Source: a virus (Duplodnaviria > Caudoviricetes). From it: a stretch of DNA of 39,646 nt. The DNA is taken from positions 1 to 39,646 of the IMG/VR virus record IMGVR_UViG_3300043416_000264. One strand, written 5' to 3'. A program made the position numbers and the translations under genes. Below, piece by piece: positions 28,128 through 37,461 of this stretch. Positions within the stretch are counted from its first letter, which is position 1; each line of letters begins with the position of its first letter. The notes beneath the pieces were generated by a model. It saw only the letters and a list, made by a program, of their open reading frames with translations. It did not search any database and was not told where the DNA came from.

Positions 28128-30686
28128 ATGACACATACATTTTATACCAATGTACAATGTTACGGTAATAGTATTCTGTACATTGGTGTAGAAAACGGTC
28201 GTAAATTCAGACGTAAAATTGATTATAATCCCACAATATATGTTCCCTCCAATAAGCCAACACAATATAAAACAGTTACAGGAGATTTCGTGTCTCCTGT
28301 AAATCCTGGCAACATTCGTGATTGCCGTGACTTCATCAAGAAATATGAAGACGTTGAAAACTTTCATATCTATGGTAATAAAAGATTTGAATACTCATTC
28401 ATCTATGAAAACTCTTCTAAAGAAATTCATTGGGATAAATCACTAATCAATGTCTGTAATATCGACATTGAGGTTGGTTCTGAGAATGGCTTTCCACATC
28501 CAGAAACAGCTTCTGAACCAATTACTGCTATCACATATAAGATGAACAATAAGTTCATTGTATATGGATGTGGTGAGTTTGAGAATAATCGAACAGATGT
28601 GAAGTATATCAAGTGTTTTGATGAAATCGATCTAATTAAAAGATTCATTGACGATTGGACTTCAGACTATCCAGATATCATAACTGGATGGAACGTGAAG
28701 TTCTTTGATATTCCATATATTGTCAACAGAATTAAGAATGTTCTTGGTGAATCTTTTGTCAAAAGACTTTCACCATGGAATATTCTATCTGAAAGAAAAG
28801 TCTTTATCATGGGTCGTGATCAAGTTTCTTTCACACCTCTTGGTATATCTGTTCTGGATTATATTGAGCTTTACAAGAAATTTGTTCCTGGCGGTGCATC
28901 ACAAGAATCATATAAGCTTGATGCAATTTGTCATGCTGATCTTGGTGAACGTAAGTTGTCTTACGAAGAGTATGGCAGCCTGCATACACTTTATAAAGAG
29001 AACTATCAACTTTTCATTACTTACAATATTAAAGATGTTGAACTTGTAGAGAAACTTGATGCCAAACATAAGATCATTGATCTTGTGCTTACACTGGCAT
29101 ATGACAATAAGTGTAACTATGATGACGTGTTTACACAAGTCAGAATGTGGGATGTTATTATCACAAATAAACTGATGGATAATCATATTATTGTTCCACC
29201 CTCTAAAATTCAGAAAAAGAATGAGAAGTATATAGGTGCATATGTAAAAGAACCACAACTTGGTATGCACAGATGGGTTGCGTCTTTTGATTTGACCAGT
29301 CTATATCCTATGCTTATTCAACAATTCAACATATCACCAGATACAATCATTGAACCAGAAAACTATACTTCTGATCAGAGAAAATTACTAGCACAGAAAA
29401 TATCGATTGACACGATGTTGAACAAAGAAGTTGATACGTCTCTTTTGAATGATTATACACTGACACCTAATGGTCAATTGTTCAGAACGAGTGAGCAAGG
29501 ATTTCTGAGTAAGATCATGGAAGAGATGTATAATGATCGTGCAAAGTATAAGAAAGAAGCAATCAAAGCAAAGAAATTGTTAGAGACAGAGACAGATCAA
29601 AATAAGAAAAAAGAAATAGAAAAGACTATTGCTAGATATAATAATCTGCAACTTGTCAAGAAGGTTTCTTTAAATTCTGCCTACGGTGCACTTGGCAACG
29701 AATACTTCCGCTTTTTTGATGTGCGTCAAGCCTCTGCAATTACAACTTCTGGACAACTTGCTATTCGCTGGATTGAAAACAAACTCAATAATTATCTAAA
29801 TAAAATACTATCAACAAAGGATAAGGATTACGTAATTGCATCAGATACGGACTCGATTTATCTTGTTCTTGATGAATTGGTGTACCAAACTCTTGGAGAA
29901 AAGAGCAAAACTCTTGATGTCCAACAGATTATCGACTTCATTGATAAGGTCTGTGAGAATAAGATTCAACCGTTTATTGACAAATGCTATGATGAACTTG
30001 CTAGATATACTAATGCCTACTCACAAAAAATGATAATGAAACGTGAAGTGTTGGCTGACAAAGGTATCTGGACAGCCAAGAAACATTATGTGTTGAATGT
30101 ATATAACAATGAAGGTGTATCATATAAGACTCCACAAAAGAAAATTATGGGTCTTGATATCATTAAATCATCTACACCTTCTGCATGTCGTATTAAACTG
30201 AAAGAAGGACTAGATATTATTCTATCAAAAACAGAAAGTGATGTTATCGAATTCATTGAAAAGTTTCGTGAAGAGTTTAAGATACTTCCTGTTTCTGACA
30301 TTGCCTTTCCTCGTGGTGTCAATGGTATTGGAAAATATACTATTGATACTGGTGCGAGATCAGGAATGCCAAACAAGGGATGTCCTATTCACGTTCGTGG
30401 ATCAATACTATATAACATTAAGATAAAGAAACATAAGTTGCAGAAGAAATATCCAATGATTATGGAAGGTGAGAAGATTAAGTTTATCTATCTAAAAGAA
30501 CCAAATAATATTCAAAGTAATGTCATATCTTTTCATCAGATGCTGCCGTCTGATTTTGATCTGAATAAGTATATTGACTATAATACACAGTTTGAGAAAT
30601 CTTTTCTTGAACCACTCAAGAAATTGTTAGACAGTATTGGATGGAAGACCGAACAAGTTAATACTCTAGAGGCATTTTTCTCATAG
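28128..30686 (+). CDS. gp43: family B DNA polymerase gp43
   Basis: Exo DIEV, TGWNVKFFD, YNIKDV; Pol SFDLTSLYP, KVSLNSAYG, SDTDS, AKKHY; single uninterrupted ORF. Confidence 0.97.
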   Translation: MTHTFYTNVQCYGNSILYIGVENGRKFRRKIDYNPTIYVPSNKPTQYKTVTGDFVSPVNPGNIRDCRDFIKKYEDVENFHIYGNKRFEYSFIYENSSKEIHWDKSLINVCNIDIEVGSENGFPHPETASEPITAITYKMNNKFIVYGCGEFENNRTDVKYIKCFDEIDLIKRFIDDWTSDYPDIITGWNVKFFDIPYIVNRIKNVLGESFVKRLSPWNILSERKVFIMGRDQVSFTPLGISVLDYIELYKKFVPGGASQESYKLDAICHADLGERKLSYEEYGSLHTLYKENYQLFITYNIKDVELVEKLDAKHKIIDLVLTLAYDNKCNYDDVFTQVRMWDVIITNKLMDNHIIVPPSKIQKKNEKYIGAYVKEPQLGMHRWVASFDLTSLYPMLIQQFNISPDTIIEPENYTSDQRKLLAQKISIDTMLNKEVDTSLLNDYTLTPNGQLFRTSEQGFLSKIMEEMYNDRAKYKKEAIKAKKLLETETDQNKKKEIEKTIARYNNLQLVKKVSLNSAYGALGNEYFRFFDVRQASAITTSGQLAIRWIENKLNNYLNKILSTKDKDYVIASDTDSIYLVLDELVYQTLGEKSKTLDVQQIIDFIDKVCENKIQPFIDKCYDELARYTNAYSQKMIMKREVLADKGIWTAKKHYVLNVYNNEGVSYKTPQKKIMGLDIIKSSTPSACRIKLKEGLDIILSKTESDVIEFIEKFREEFKILPVSDIAFPRGVNGIGKYTIDTGARSGMPNKGCPIHVRGSILYNIKIKKHKLQKKYPMIMEGEKIKFIYLKEPNNIQSNVISFHQMLPSDFDLNKYIDYNTQFEKSFLEPLKKLLDSIGWKTEQVNTLEAFFS

Positions 30687-30695
30687 GAGCATCAA

Positions 30696-30929
30696 ATGAA
30701 TTCAGAATTATTTTGTGAAGATTATTACATTCAGACAAACGAGCAGACGATTAAGTTTGTTGAAGAAATTTACAAGTGGAAGAAAAAGAACTTGACAATG
30801 TACCCAAATGATGTTATTAATATTCTCATTGAGACAGGTAATCTTACCACATTAGATGTTCTCAATATTTTTCAGAAAGCAGAGAAGAAATCTCTTGACA
30901 TCACACTGCCAACCTGTTATATTAGTTAG
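30696..30929 (+). CDS. hypothetical protein (77 aa)
   Basis: AGGAG RBS; its 3' end contains a promoter. Confidence 0.6.
   Translation: MNSELFCEDYYIQTNEQTIKFVEEIYKWKKKNLTMYPNDVINILIETGNLTTLDVLNIFQKAEKKSLDITLPTCYIS
30895..30923 (+). promoter_or_regulatory. sigma70-type promoter for the tRNA/pstS unit
   Basis: TTGACA-17 bp-TATATT with extended -10 TG. Confidence 0.65.
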
Positions 30930-30937
30930 TATGAATT

Positions 30938-30973
30938 GCCCACTTAGCCCAATAGATAGAGGTAGTAAACTTT
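30938..30973 (+). pseudogene. 5' half of a tRNA, truncated in the anticodon loop
   Basis: GCCCACT-TA-GCC-CAATAGATAGA-GGT-A-GTAAA-CTTT has acceptor, D-arm and anticodon-strand spacing but no 3' half. Confidence 0.45.
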
Positions 30974-31052
30974 GAGGGAATAGGCTAAATGGTATCGCCG
31001 GGACACTTAAAATGTCCGTCGTTTGTGGGTTCGAGTCCCACTTCCCTTACCA
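30974..31052 (+). tRNA. tRNA-Leu(UAA) with a short variable region
   Basis: Acceptor GAGGGAA/TTCCCTT, anticodon arm GGACA-CTTAAAA-TGTCC, T arm GTGGG-TTCGAGT-CCCAC, discriminator A and encoded CCA. Confidence 0.85.
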
Positions 31053-31072
31053 AATATATCAAATAAGTTTAA

Positions 31073-31148
31073 TGTCCTATAGCTCAAATGGTTAGAGCAA
31101 GCGCCTTATAAGCGCTAGATTCGGGATCATGCCCCGATAGGACAACCA
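31073..31148 (+). tRNA. tRNA-Ile(UAU)
   Basis: Acceptor TGTCCTA/TAGGACA, D arm GCTC/GAGC, anticodon arm AGCGC-CTTATAA-GCGCT, T arm TCGGG-ATCATGC-CCCGA, A+CCA. Confidence 0.8.
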
Positions 31149-31174
31149 TATTTTCACTTAACAATGGAGTTCAC

Positions 31175-32209
31175 ATGAAGTATCTTTATACACTAATGCT
31201 TTCAGCAGTAATTTCAACATCAGCATTTGCACAAGCACGTGATCAAATTCGAATTGTCGGTTCATCTACAGTATATCCATTCACAACAACAGTAGCAGAA
31301 AACTTTGGTCGTTCGAAGAAGTTTAGAACACCAATCGTTGAATCTACAGGTACTGGTGGTGGGTTCAAAATCTTCTGTGGTGGTATTGGAACATCACATC
31401 CAGATGTGAGCAATGCTTCTCGTGCTATCAAGAAGGGTGAGTTTGACCTTTGTCGGAATAACGGTGTAACAGAAATTGTTGAAATCAAGATTGGTTTTGA
31501 TGGTCTCTCTCTTGCACAAGAAAAAAACGGTCCAAATATTCGACTGACTGTGACACAATTATTTCTTGCACTAGCAGAAAAGGTACCAGATAAGTCTGGT
31601 AATCTGATTCCAAATCCATATAGAAACTGGTCAGACATTGATAAGTCACTGCCAAATGTTAAAATTGAAGTTCTAGGTCCACCACCTACTTCTGGTACTC
31701 GTGATTCATTCCATGAACTATTCATGGAACCAGGAGCAGAAGTTGTTCTAAAAGAACTGAAGATGTCTAATCCAAAAGCATTTGAAACATCTTGGAAGTC
31801 TTTACGGAAAGATGGTGCATACGTAGAAGCGGGTGAAAATGATAATGTGATTGTTCAAAAGTTACAGACAAATCGTAACGCTTTTGGTATCTTTGGTTTC
31901 TCATTCTTAGACGAGAATACAGCTACACTTCGTGGTGTTGCTATTGATGGTACCGATCCAACATTTGATAATATTTCTTCTGGTAAGTATAAAGGTGCAC
32001 GACCACTATTTGTATACATCAAGAAGCAACATATTGTTGTGGTTGTAGGTCTTCGTGAGTTTGCAGAAGAGTACGTATCAGTAAGAGCAATTGGTGATAG
32101 TGGATATCTAACTCGTAAAGGTCTGGTCGCTCTACCTAAAAATGAATTGACAGAACTAACTAACAATGTTAGAAACATGGTTTTGTTGAAAGAAAATCAA
32201 GTAAAGTAA
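31175..32209 (+). CDS. pstS: phosphate ABC transporter substrate-binding protein
   Basis: Signal peptide (AFA-QA), IRIVGSSTVYPF, ESTGTGGG, NASR, GPPPTSGTRDSF, RPLFVY. Confidence 0.93.
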   Translation: MKYLYTLMLSAVISTSAFAQARDQIRIVGSSTVYPFTTTVAENFGRSKKFRTPIVESTGTGGGFKIFCGGIGTSHPDVSNASRAIKKGEFDLCRNNGVTEIVEIKIGFDGLSLAQEKNGPNIRLTVTQLFLALAEKVPDKSGNLIPNPYRNWSDIDKSLPNVKIEVLGPPPTSGTRDSFHELFMEPGAEVVLKELKMSNPKAFETSWKSLRKDGAYVEAGENDNVIVQKLQTNRNAFGIFGFSFLDENTATLRGVAIDGTDPTFDNISSGKYKGARPLFVYIKKQHIVVVVGLREFAEEYVSVRAIGDSGYLTRKGLVALPKNELTELTNNVRNMVLLKENQVK

Positions 32210-32234
32210 TAGATATAGTTATTAGTATAATCAT

Positions 32235-32268
32235 GAAAGAGATGACAGAAATGTTGTCTCTTTCTTTT
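32235..32268 (+). terminator. rho-independent terminator after pstS
   Basis: GAAAGAGATGACA-GAAA-TGTTGTCTCTTTC followed by TTTT. Confidence 0.8.
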
Positions 32269-32285
32269 CATTCAATAAGGAGAAA

Positions 32286-33101
32286 ATGAAACAATATATG
32301 TTGACAGGAATTTTATTCTTGACAGGAATATCATTATCAGTTGTTGCAGGATACTATTCAATAATAGGACTAGCAACATTATTTGAGGGTGCTTTTTGGT
32401 CTGTTGTTATTATGGGAACTGTATTAGAAGTCGGTAAATTAGTATCAATATCATGGCTTTATCATAACTGGGATGATTCAAATAAGTTGATCAAATCATA
32501 TATGCTTTTTGCCATTGCAGTTCTCATGCTGATAACATCATTGGGTATATTTGGTTTTTTATCAAAAGCACATATTGAACAGAAACTCAAACTTGAGACA
32601 GGTGTATCGTCTCAAATCAAAATCATTGATAACAACGTCAAGATCAAACAAGATAGCATAAATGATCTTGATAAGCAAATATCTGTTATTGATGATGCTT
32701 TAAATAAAATGATTGCATCTAATCAAGCAAAAAGTTCTCTTGCAGCTGCTGACAAACAAAGAAAAACAAGACTATCTCTTGTTTTTGATAAGAATAAGCT
32801 GATTATTGAATTAAATGTATTGAATACAGAAAAGTTAAAATATCTCGCTGAATTCAAAAAAATGGAAGCAGAGGTTGGTCCATTAAAGTATATTGCAGAA
32901 TTAATATATGGTGTTTCTGATGAAAAAACACTTGACACTTCTGTTCGTTATGTTATACTGTTACTTATCATGGTATTTGATCCATTAGCAGTAATGCTGT
33001 TATTAGCATTCAATCATACTATTAGAAATAAAGACGATGAATTCTATCTGGAATTTTCTGAATACAAACCAAGAAGAAAACGTAAATACAAATACAAATA
33101 A
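32286..33101 (+). CDS. membrane protein with transmembrane helices flanking a coiled coil
   Basis: AGYYSIIGL, LEVGKLV, ITSLGIFGFLSKAH, EVGPLKYIAE, FDPLAV. Confidence 0.75.
   Translation: MKQYMLTGILFLTGISLSVVAGYYSIIGLATLFEGAFWSVVIMGTVLEVGKLVSISWLYHNWDDSNKLIKSYMLFAIAVLMLITSLGIFGFLSKAHIEQKLKLETGVSSQIKIIDNNVKIKQDSINDLDKQISVIDDALNKMIASNQAKSSLAAADKQRKTRLSLVFDKNKLIIELNVLNTEKLKYLAEFKKMEAEVGPLKYIAELIYGVSDEKTLDTSVRYVILLLIMVFDPLAVMLLLAFNHTIRNKDDEFYLEFSEYKPRRKRKYKYK
32932..32959 (+). promoter_or_regulatory. sigma70-type promoter embedded in a CDS, upstream of uvsX
   Basis: TTGACA-16 bp-TATACT with TG extension. Confidence 0.5.
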
Positions 33102-33137
33102 TAACGATATTGGTGTTCAACGCATAAGGAAAAACTT

Positions 33138-34175
33138 ATGGAAGATATTTTTTCAACTCTATTAAAAGAGACAGGTAACGAATATTCTGCTATTGCTGAT
33201 GAAGGAATTGAAGCCGGAGATGTTAAAGGTTACATAAGTACAGGAAGTTATAGCCTCAATGCTTTACTTTCTGGTTCTATTTATGGTGGTATTCCTTCAA
33301 ATAAAATCACATGTTTTGCAGGTGAACCATCCACAGGTAAAACATTCTTTGCCCTCAATATTGTTCGTGAATTTCAAAAGACTGATCCCAAAGCATTCGT
33401 ATATTACTTTGAATCCGAATCGGCAATTTCAAAGCAAATGTTAACAGATAGAAATATTGATGTTAAACGAATCGGTGTTCTACCTGTTGCAACTGTCCAA
33501 GAATTCAGAACACAAGCAATTAAGATTCTCGATAGATATGTGGAGATAAAAGATGTTCCTCCTATGATATTTATTCTTGATTCTCTAGGCAATCTTTCTA
33601 CTACAAAAGAAATAGAAGATATGTCAGAAGGAAAAGAAACAAGAGACATGTCAAGAGCACAGCTTATTCGTGGCACATTTCGTGTTTTGACCTTGAAACT
33701 GGGTAAAGCAAATGTTCCTTTAATTGTAACAAATCATGTATTTCAAACTATCGGTTCATATATTCCACAAAAAGAAATGTCCGGTGGACAAGGATTAGCA
33801 TATGCAGCATCTACTGTTATCTTCTTATCTAAGAAAAAGGATAAGACTGATAATGAAGTGACAGGAGCTATTGTTACTGCTGTTCTCAAGAAAGCAAGAT
33901 TCACAATCGAAAATAAGAAAGTTGAAACACTATTAGAGTATTCTGAAGGTCTTGATCCTTATTATGGATTACTTGAACTAGCAGAAAAGTTTGGCATCTT
34001 CAAGAAGGTTTCTACCAGATATGAAATGCCTGATGGAAGCAAAGTATTTGAATCTGTTATTTTGAAGAATCCTGAAAAGTATTTTACACAGGATGTACTG
34101 AATCAAATTGATGAGAAGTGTAAAGATGAATTTTTGTATGGTAAATCAAATGTAATGGTGGAGAATGCAGCATGA
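33138..34175 (+). CDS. uvsX: RecA-like recombinase UvsX
   Basis: TGSYSLNALLSG, AGEPSTGKT, FESE, LDSLGNL, RDMSRAQ, TNH, MSGG. Confidence 0.95.
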   Translation: MEDIFSTLLKETGNEYSAIADEGIEAGDVKGYISTGSYSLNALLSGSIYGGIPSNKITCFAGEPSTGKTFFALNIVREFQKTDPKAFVYYFESESAISKQMLTDRNIDVKRIGVLPVATVQEFRTQAIKILDRYVEIKDVPPMIFILDSLGNLSTTKEIEDMSEGKETRDMSRAQLIRGTFRVLTLKLGKANVPLIVTNHVFQTIGSYIPQKEMSGGQGLAYAASTVIFLSKKKDKTDNEVTGAIVTAVLKKARFTIENKKVETLLEYSEGLDPYYGLLELAEKFGIFKKVSTRYEMPDGSKVFESVILKNPEKYFTQDVLNQIDEKCKDEFLYGKSNVMVENAA

Positions 34176-34507
34176 TTTTAGGTGAAGATTTTATGTTCAA
34201 TGATTCAATGAAAACGGACACTATAGCAATAAAACTCTTGACAGGACCATATAAAGATGTAGTATATAGATACACACAAATGTCTGTTAAGGAAAATACT
34301 AACGATACTGCTACAATGTTTTTTGATTATGAACTATATGAAATGGGTGAACATACAGAAACATCTATACGTAAAGATGAACGATTTACCAAACATATTG
34401 GACTGATTCTTAATACATTGATTTTAGAAGCTGTAGACGATTTAGAAAAAAATGGCACAAATGATGAACATAGAAAAGCTGATACTCAAGAATCTAATAG
34501 TCAATGA
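34172..34507 (+). CDS. hypothetical protein in the syntenic position of T4 gp40
   Basis: Overlaps both uvsX and gp41; function suggested by position only. Confidence 0.55.
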   Translation: MILGEDFMFNDSMKTDTIAIKLLTGPYKDVVYRYTQMSVKENTNDTATMFFDYELYEMGEHTETSIRKDERFTKHIGLILNTLILEAVDDLEKNGTNDEHRKADTQESNSQ

Positions 34508-35825
34508 AGAATACACTAGAAAGACTCTTCCTTTTTTGAAGGAAGAGTATTTTCTTTCTGATGACAGCAAAACACTATTTCAAATCGTTCGTGATTTCAT
34601 TATCAAGTATAATACTAATCCATCAATAGATTTGTTGAATGTTGAAATCAATTCACGAGAGAACATTGGTGAAGAAACAGTAACTAGTATCAAAACAAAT
34701 CTATTGAAGTTTGATGACGAACAAACAAATATAGATTGGCTGATTAATTCTACTGAAGAATTCTGTCAGGAAAAAGCAATCTATATTGCAATCATGAAGT
34801 CTATTGACATCATGAACAACAAGAAAACACAACAATCAAAAGGTGCAATTCCACAACTATTATCTGATGCTCTATCTGTAAGTTTTGATCCTAATATCGG
34901 CCATGATTACACAGAACAATATAAAGAACGATTTGAGTATTATCATAGAGTAGAAGAAAAGATACCTTTTGATCTTGATTTCTTCAATAAGATCACTAGA
35001 AATGGTGTTCCAAAAAAAACATTAAATATCTGCATGGGTGCAACAGGTGGTGGTAAATCTCTGTTTATGTGTCATGTTGCTGCTTCCTGTATGAATATGG
35101 GTAAGAATGTTCTGTATATTACACTAGAACTTGCTGAAGAAGAAGTGGCTAAGCGTATCGATGCTAATCTTATGAATACATCTTTTGAAGACCTAATGAA
35201 TCTATCTGAACATATGTATATGAGAAAAGCAGATATAATCAAAAAGAAAACAAATGGTAAGCTAATCATTAAGGAGTATCCAACAGCATCAGCGTCAACA
35301 ATACACTTTAAGTCTTTATTGAATGAATTATTTCTCAAGAAGTCATTCAAGCCTGATATCATCTTTGTTGATTATCTAAACATCTGTACATCTGCTAGAA
35401 TCAAACAAGGATCACAAGTCAATTCTTATACATATGTTAAATCTATTGCTGAAGAACTAAGAGGATTAGCTGTAGAATTCAATGTTCCAGTATTCAGTGC
35501 AACACAAACTAATAGAGCAGGATATGATAATTCAGATGTTGATTTGACGAATACATCAGAATCATTTGGTCTTCCAGCAACAGCAGATTTTATGTTTGCT
35601 TTGATATCTACTGAAGATTTGGAAAAGCTAGGTCAGATTATGGTAAAGCAATTGAAGAATCGTTATAATGATCCATCACAGAACAAAAGATTTGTTATAG
35701 GTATTGACAGGAGTAAGATGAAGCTTTTCGACGTTGAAAAATCAGCACAAGTTGATATCGAAGATTCTGGACAGCAATTCGCCAATAATATTACCAAGAA
35801 CAAGTTCAAATCTCTAAAGATGTAG
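34452..35825 (+). CDS. gp41: replicative DNA helicase gp41
   Basis: EEFCQEKA, IGHDY, GATGGGKS, YITLE, IKEYPT, VDYLNIC, SATQTNR, SESFGLPATAD, KQLKNRY; start may be 34461 or 34464. Confidence 0.95.
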   Translation: MAQMMNIEKLILKNLIVNEEYTRKTLPFLKEEYFLSDDSKTLFQIVRDFIIKYNTNPSIDLLNVEINSRENIGEETVTSIKTNLLKFDDEQTNIDWLINSTEEFCQEKAIYIAIMKSIDIMNNKKTQQSKGAIPQLLSDALSVSFDPNIGHDYTEQYKERFEYYHRVEEKIPFDLDFFNKITRNGVPKKTLNICMGATGGGKSLFMCHVAASCMNMGKNVLYITLELAEEEVAKRIDANLMNTSFEDLMNLSEHMYMRKADIIKKKTNGKLIIKEYPTASASTIHFKSLLNELFLKKSFKPDIIFVDYLNICTSARIKQGSQVNSYTYVKSIAEELRGLAVEFNVPVFSATQTNRAGYDNSDVDLTNTSESFGLPATADFMFALISTEDLEKLGQIMVKQLKNRYNDPSQNKRFVIGIDRSKMKLFDVEKSAQVDIEDSGQQFANNITKNKFKSLKM

Positions 35826-35900
35826 CACACACTGAAGAAAAAAACGTAAAAATAGATCATAATAATATTATTCTTATAAAAGCAAAAATGGAGTTTTGAT

Positions 35901-36128
35901 ATGGAAAAACATACAATACATACCGTTGATCATGATAATAACACTTATTACTGTGTTTTCGAAAACTATACAGAACAAGTATTGGATTTTTTCCTTATTG
36001 AAAGTGAAGCTAATAAGAAGAAAAAGCTCTTAGATAAAGGTGGCGCTTTTGACGGTTTTACTCCTGAATTTGTTTTGAGAAAAGTAAATTCGTATATTGA
36101 CATAAATAATAAGTTTGAAGAACTTTGA
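35901..36128 (+). CDS. hypothetical protein (75 aa)
   Basis: GGAG RBS; GGAFDGFTPEF motif. Confidence 0.65.
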   Translation: MEKHTIHTVDHDNNTYYCVFENYTEQVLDFFLIESEANKKKKLLDKGGAFDGFTPEFVLRKVNSYIDINNKFEEL

Positions 36129-36130
36129 GG

Positions 36131-36197
36131 TATGCAATAACTGCATACCTGTCATGCAATAATAGTGTTTGTGTTCCACCCTATGATATGCTATAGT
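36131..36197 (+). promoter_or_regulatory. triple half-site operator plus sigma70-like promoter (copy 2)
   Basis: TATGCA 36131, TGCATA 36142, CATGCA 36153; TTGTGT 36169-36174, 17-bp spacer, TATAGT 36192-36197. Confidence 0.6.
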
Positions 36198-36205
36198 TTA
36201 TCAGG

Positions 36206-36673
36206 ATGGAGAAGAACATGAAAATATCTGTACTAGGAAAAAATGATAAGTTGTCTAAGAAAGATATTAAGCATGTATTGAATTTTGTGTGTGATATTCT
36301 TCTTGGAAAGAGACTATGTAATAACATTAGTATTACAGTAATAAACAGTAAGTTTAAGAAACACGAATGGGGTTACTGTGGACCTACAGATTACTATAAT
36401 CGCAATTATAGAGAGTTTGAAATACTACTTAATTGTACAGCAAGTAAGAGAAATCAAATCATTACAATATTACATGAAGCTGTACATGTAAAGCAATATG
36501 CTAGACGTGAGTTTTTATGTCATGATACTAAAAATTTCCGATGGTTAGGAAAGAAAGTTACAGTTGAGCTTTCTGATTATGAAAACTTACCGTGGGAAAT
36601 AGAAGCTAGTAGTGCAGAAGAAATCCTCTACAAACTCTATATGGACTATGTGAAACTATGTCAGCAACGATAA
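36206..36673 (+). CDS. HExxH zinc metallopeptidase-like protein
   Basis: TILHEAVHVKQY...Y..LPWEIEA. Confidence 0.75.
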   Translation: MEKNMKISVLGKNDKLSKKDIKHVLNFVCDILLGKRLCNNISITVINSKFKKHEWGYCGPTDYYNRNYREFEILLNCTASKRNQIITILHEAVHVKQYARREFLCHDTKNFRWLGKKVTVELSDYENLPWEIEASSAEEILYKLYMDYVKLCQQR

Positions 36674-37125
36674 TTAATTACCCGAGAATGCCTCTAGCAT
36701 CTGAAATTGCTAGGGGCGATAAACATTCAAAGTATCTAAACATCCTATCTAAAATAGCTTTCGATCTATCTCCCGTCAAAAGTGCCAGACTTGCTGCATG
36801 TGTCGTCTATAAAAACGACATAGTGTCTTTCGGTACTAATATTATGAAATCACATCCGTTTCAAGCAAGATATGGTAAAAATAAAGATGCTGTATATCTT
36901 CATGCAGAAACATCAGCTATCAAAAATGCATTGAAGTATATCAATGTTGATAAACTGAATAGATGTACACTGTATATTTGCCGAGTAAAATATGAAGCAG
37001 CAGATAAGTCTAATATGATATTTGGAACAGCAAAACCTTGTTCTGGTTGTTTTAAGTGTATTAATACGTTTGATATCAAAGACGTATATTTTACACTTGA
37101 CAATCAGTCCTATTCCATTCTATAA
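36658..37125 (+). CDS. cytidine/dCMP deaminase-family Zn protein
   Basis: LHAE...KPCSGC; AACVVYKNDIVSFGTN. Confidence 0.8.
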   Translation: MSATIINYPRMPLASEIARGDKHSKYLNILSKIAFDLSPVKSARLAACVVYKNDIVSFGTNIMKSHPFQARYGKNKDAVYLHAETSAIKNALKYINVDKLNRCTLYICRVKYEAADKSNMIFGTAKPCSGCFKCINTFDIKDVYFTLDNQSYSIL

Positions 37126-37128
37126 ATA
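37121..37128 (+). promoter_or_regulatory. T4-type late promoter TATAAATA
   Basis: Exact gp55 consensus about 30 nt upstream of AGGAG-N-ATG 37157. Confidence 0.7.
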
Positions 37129-37156
37129 TATTATCATCCTAACATAGGAGTTGAAA

Positions 37157-37449
37157 ATGAACATCAAGACTACACTAATCGCCGGCATCACTGCGATCTC
37201 TATGCTTTTTACTGAATCAGCTACAGCACAAGTAAGTGACCTGAAGCAGCTGCAATTGCTCTAGGAGCAGCTGCTATTATTGCTGGTGCTGCTATTGCAT
37301 CACAACACCGTCGTCATGAACGTTACCACCACCATTATCATCATGTACCACATCCAGCATATCCTCCACCATTGCGTTATCGTTATTATGAGCCAATGCC
37401 AGCACCTTCTCCATACTATCATCATCCATATAGAAGACATTGGCAATAA
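37157..37449 (+). pseudogene. frameshifted secreted His/Pro/Tyr-rich protein (BA14K-like architecture)
   Basis: Frame 1: MNIKTTLIAGITAISMLFTESATA-QVS, signal peptide, stop 37262-37264. Frame 2 from 37240: PEAAAIALGAAAIIAGAAIASQHRRHERYHHHY...PPP...RRHWQ*. Confidence 0.65.
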
Positions 37450-37461
37450 AGGAGTCATATC

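Noticed and set aside
28128-30686. Intron, intein or split in the DNA polymerase (also checked gp41, UvsX, gp46)
   Set aside because: ORFs are continuous, of normal length, with all motifs in order.
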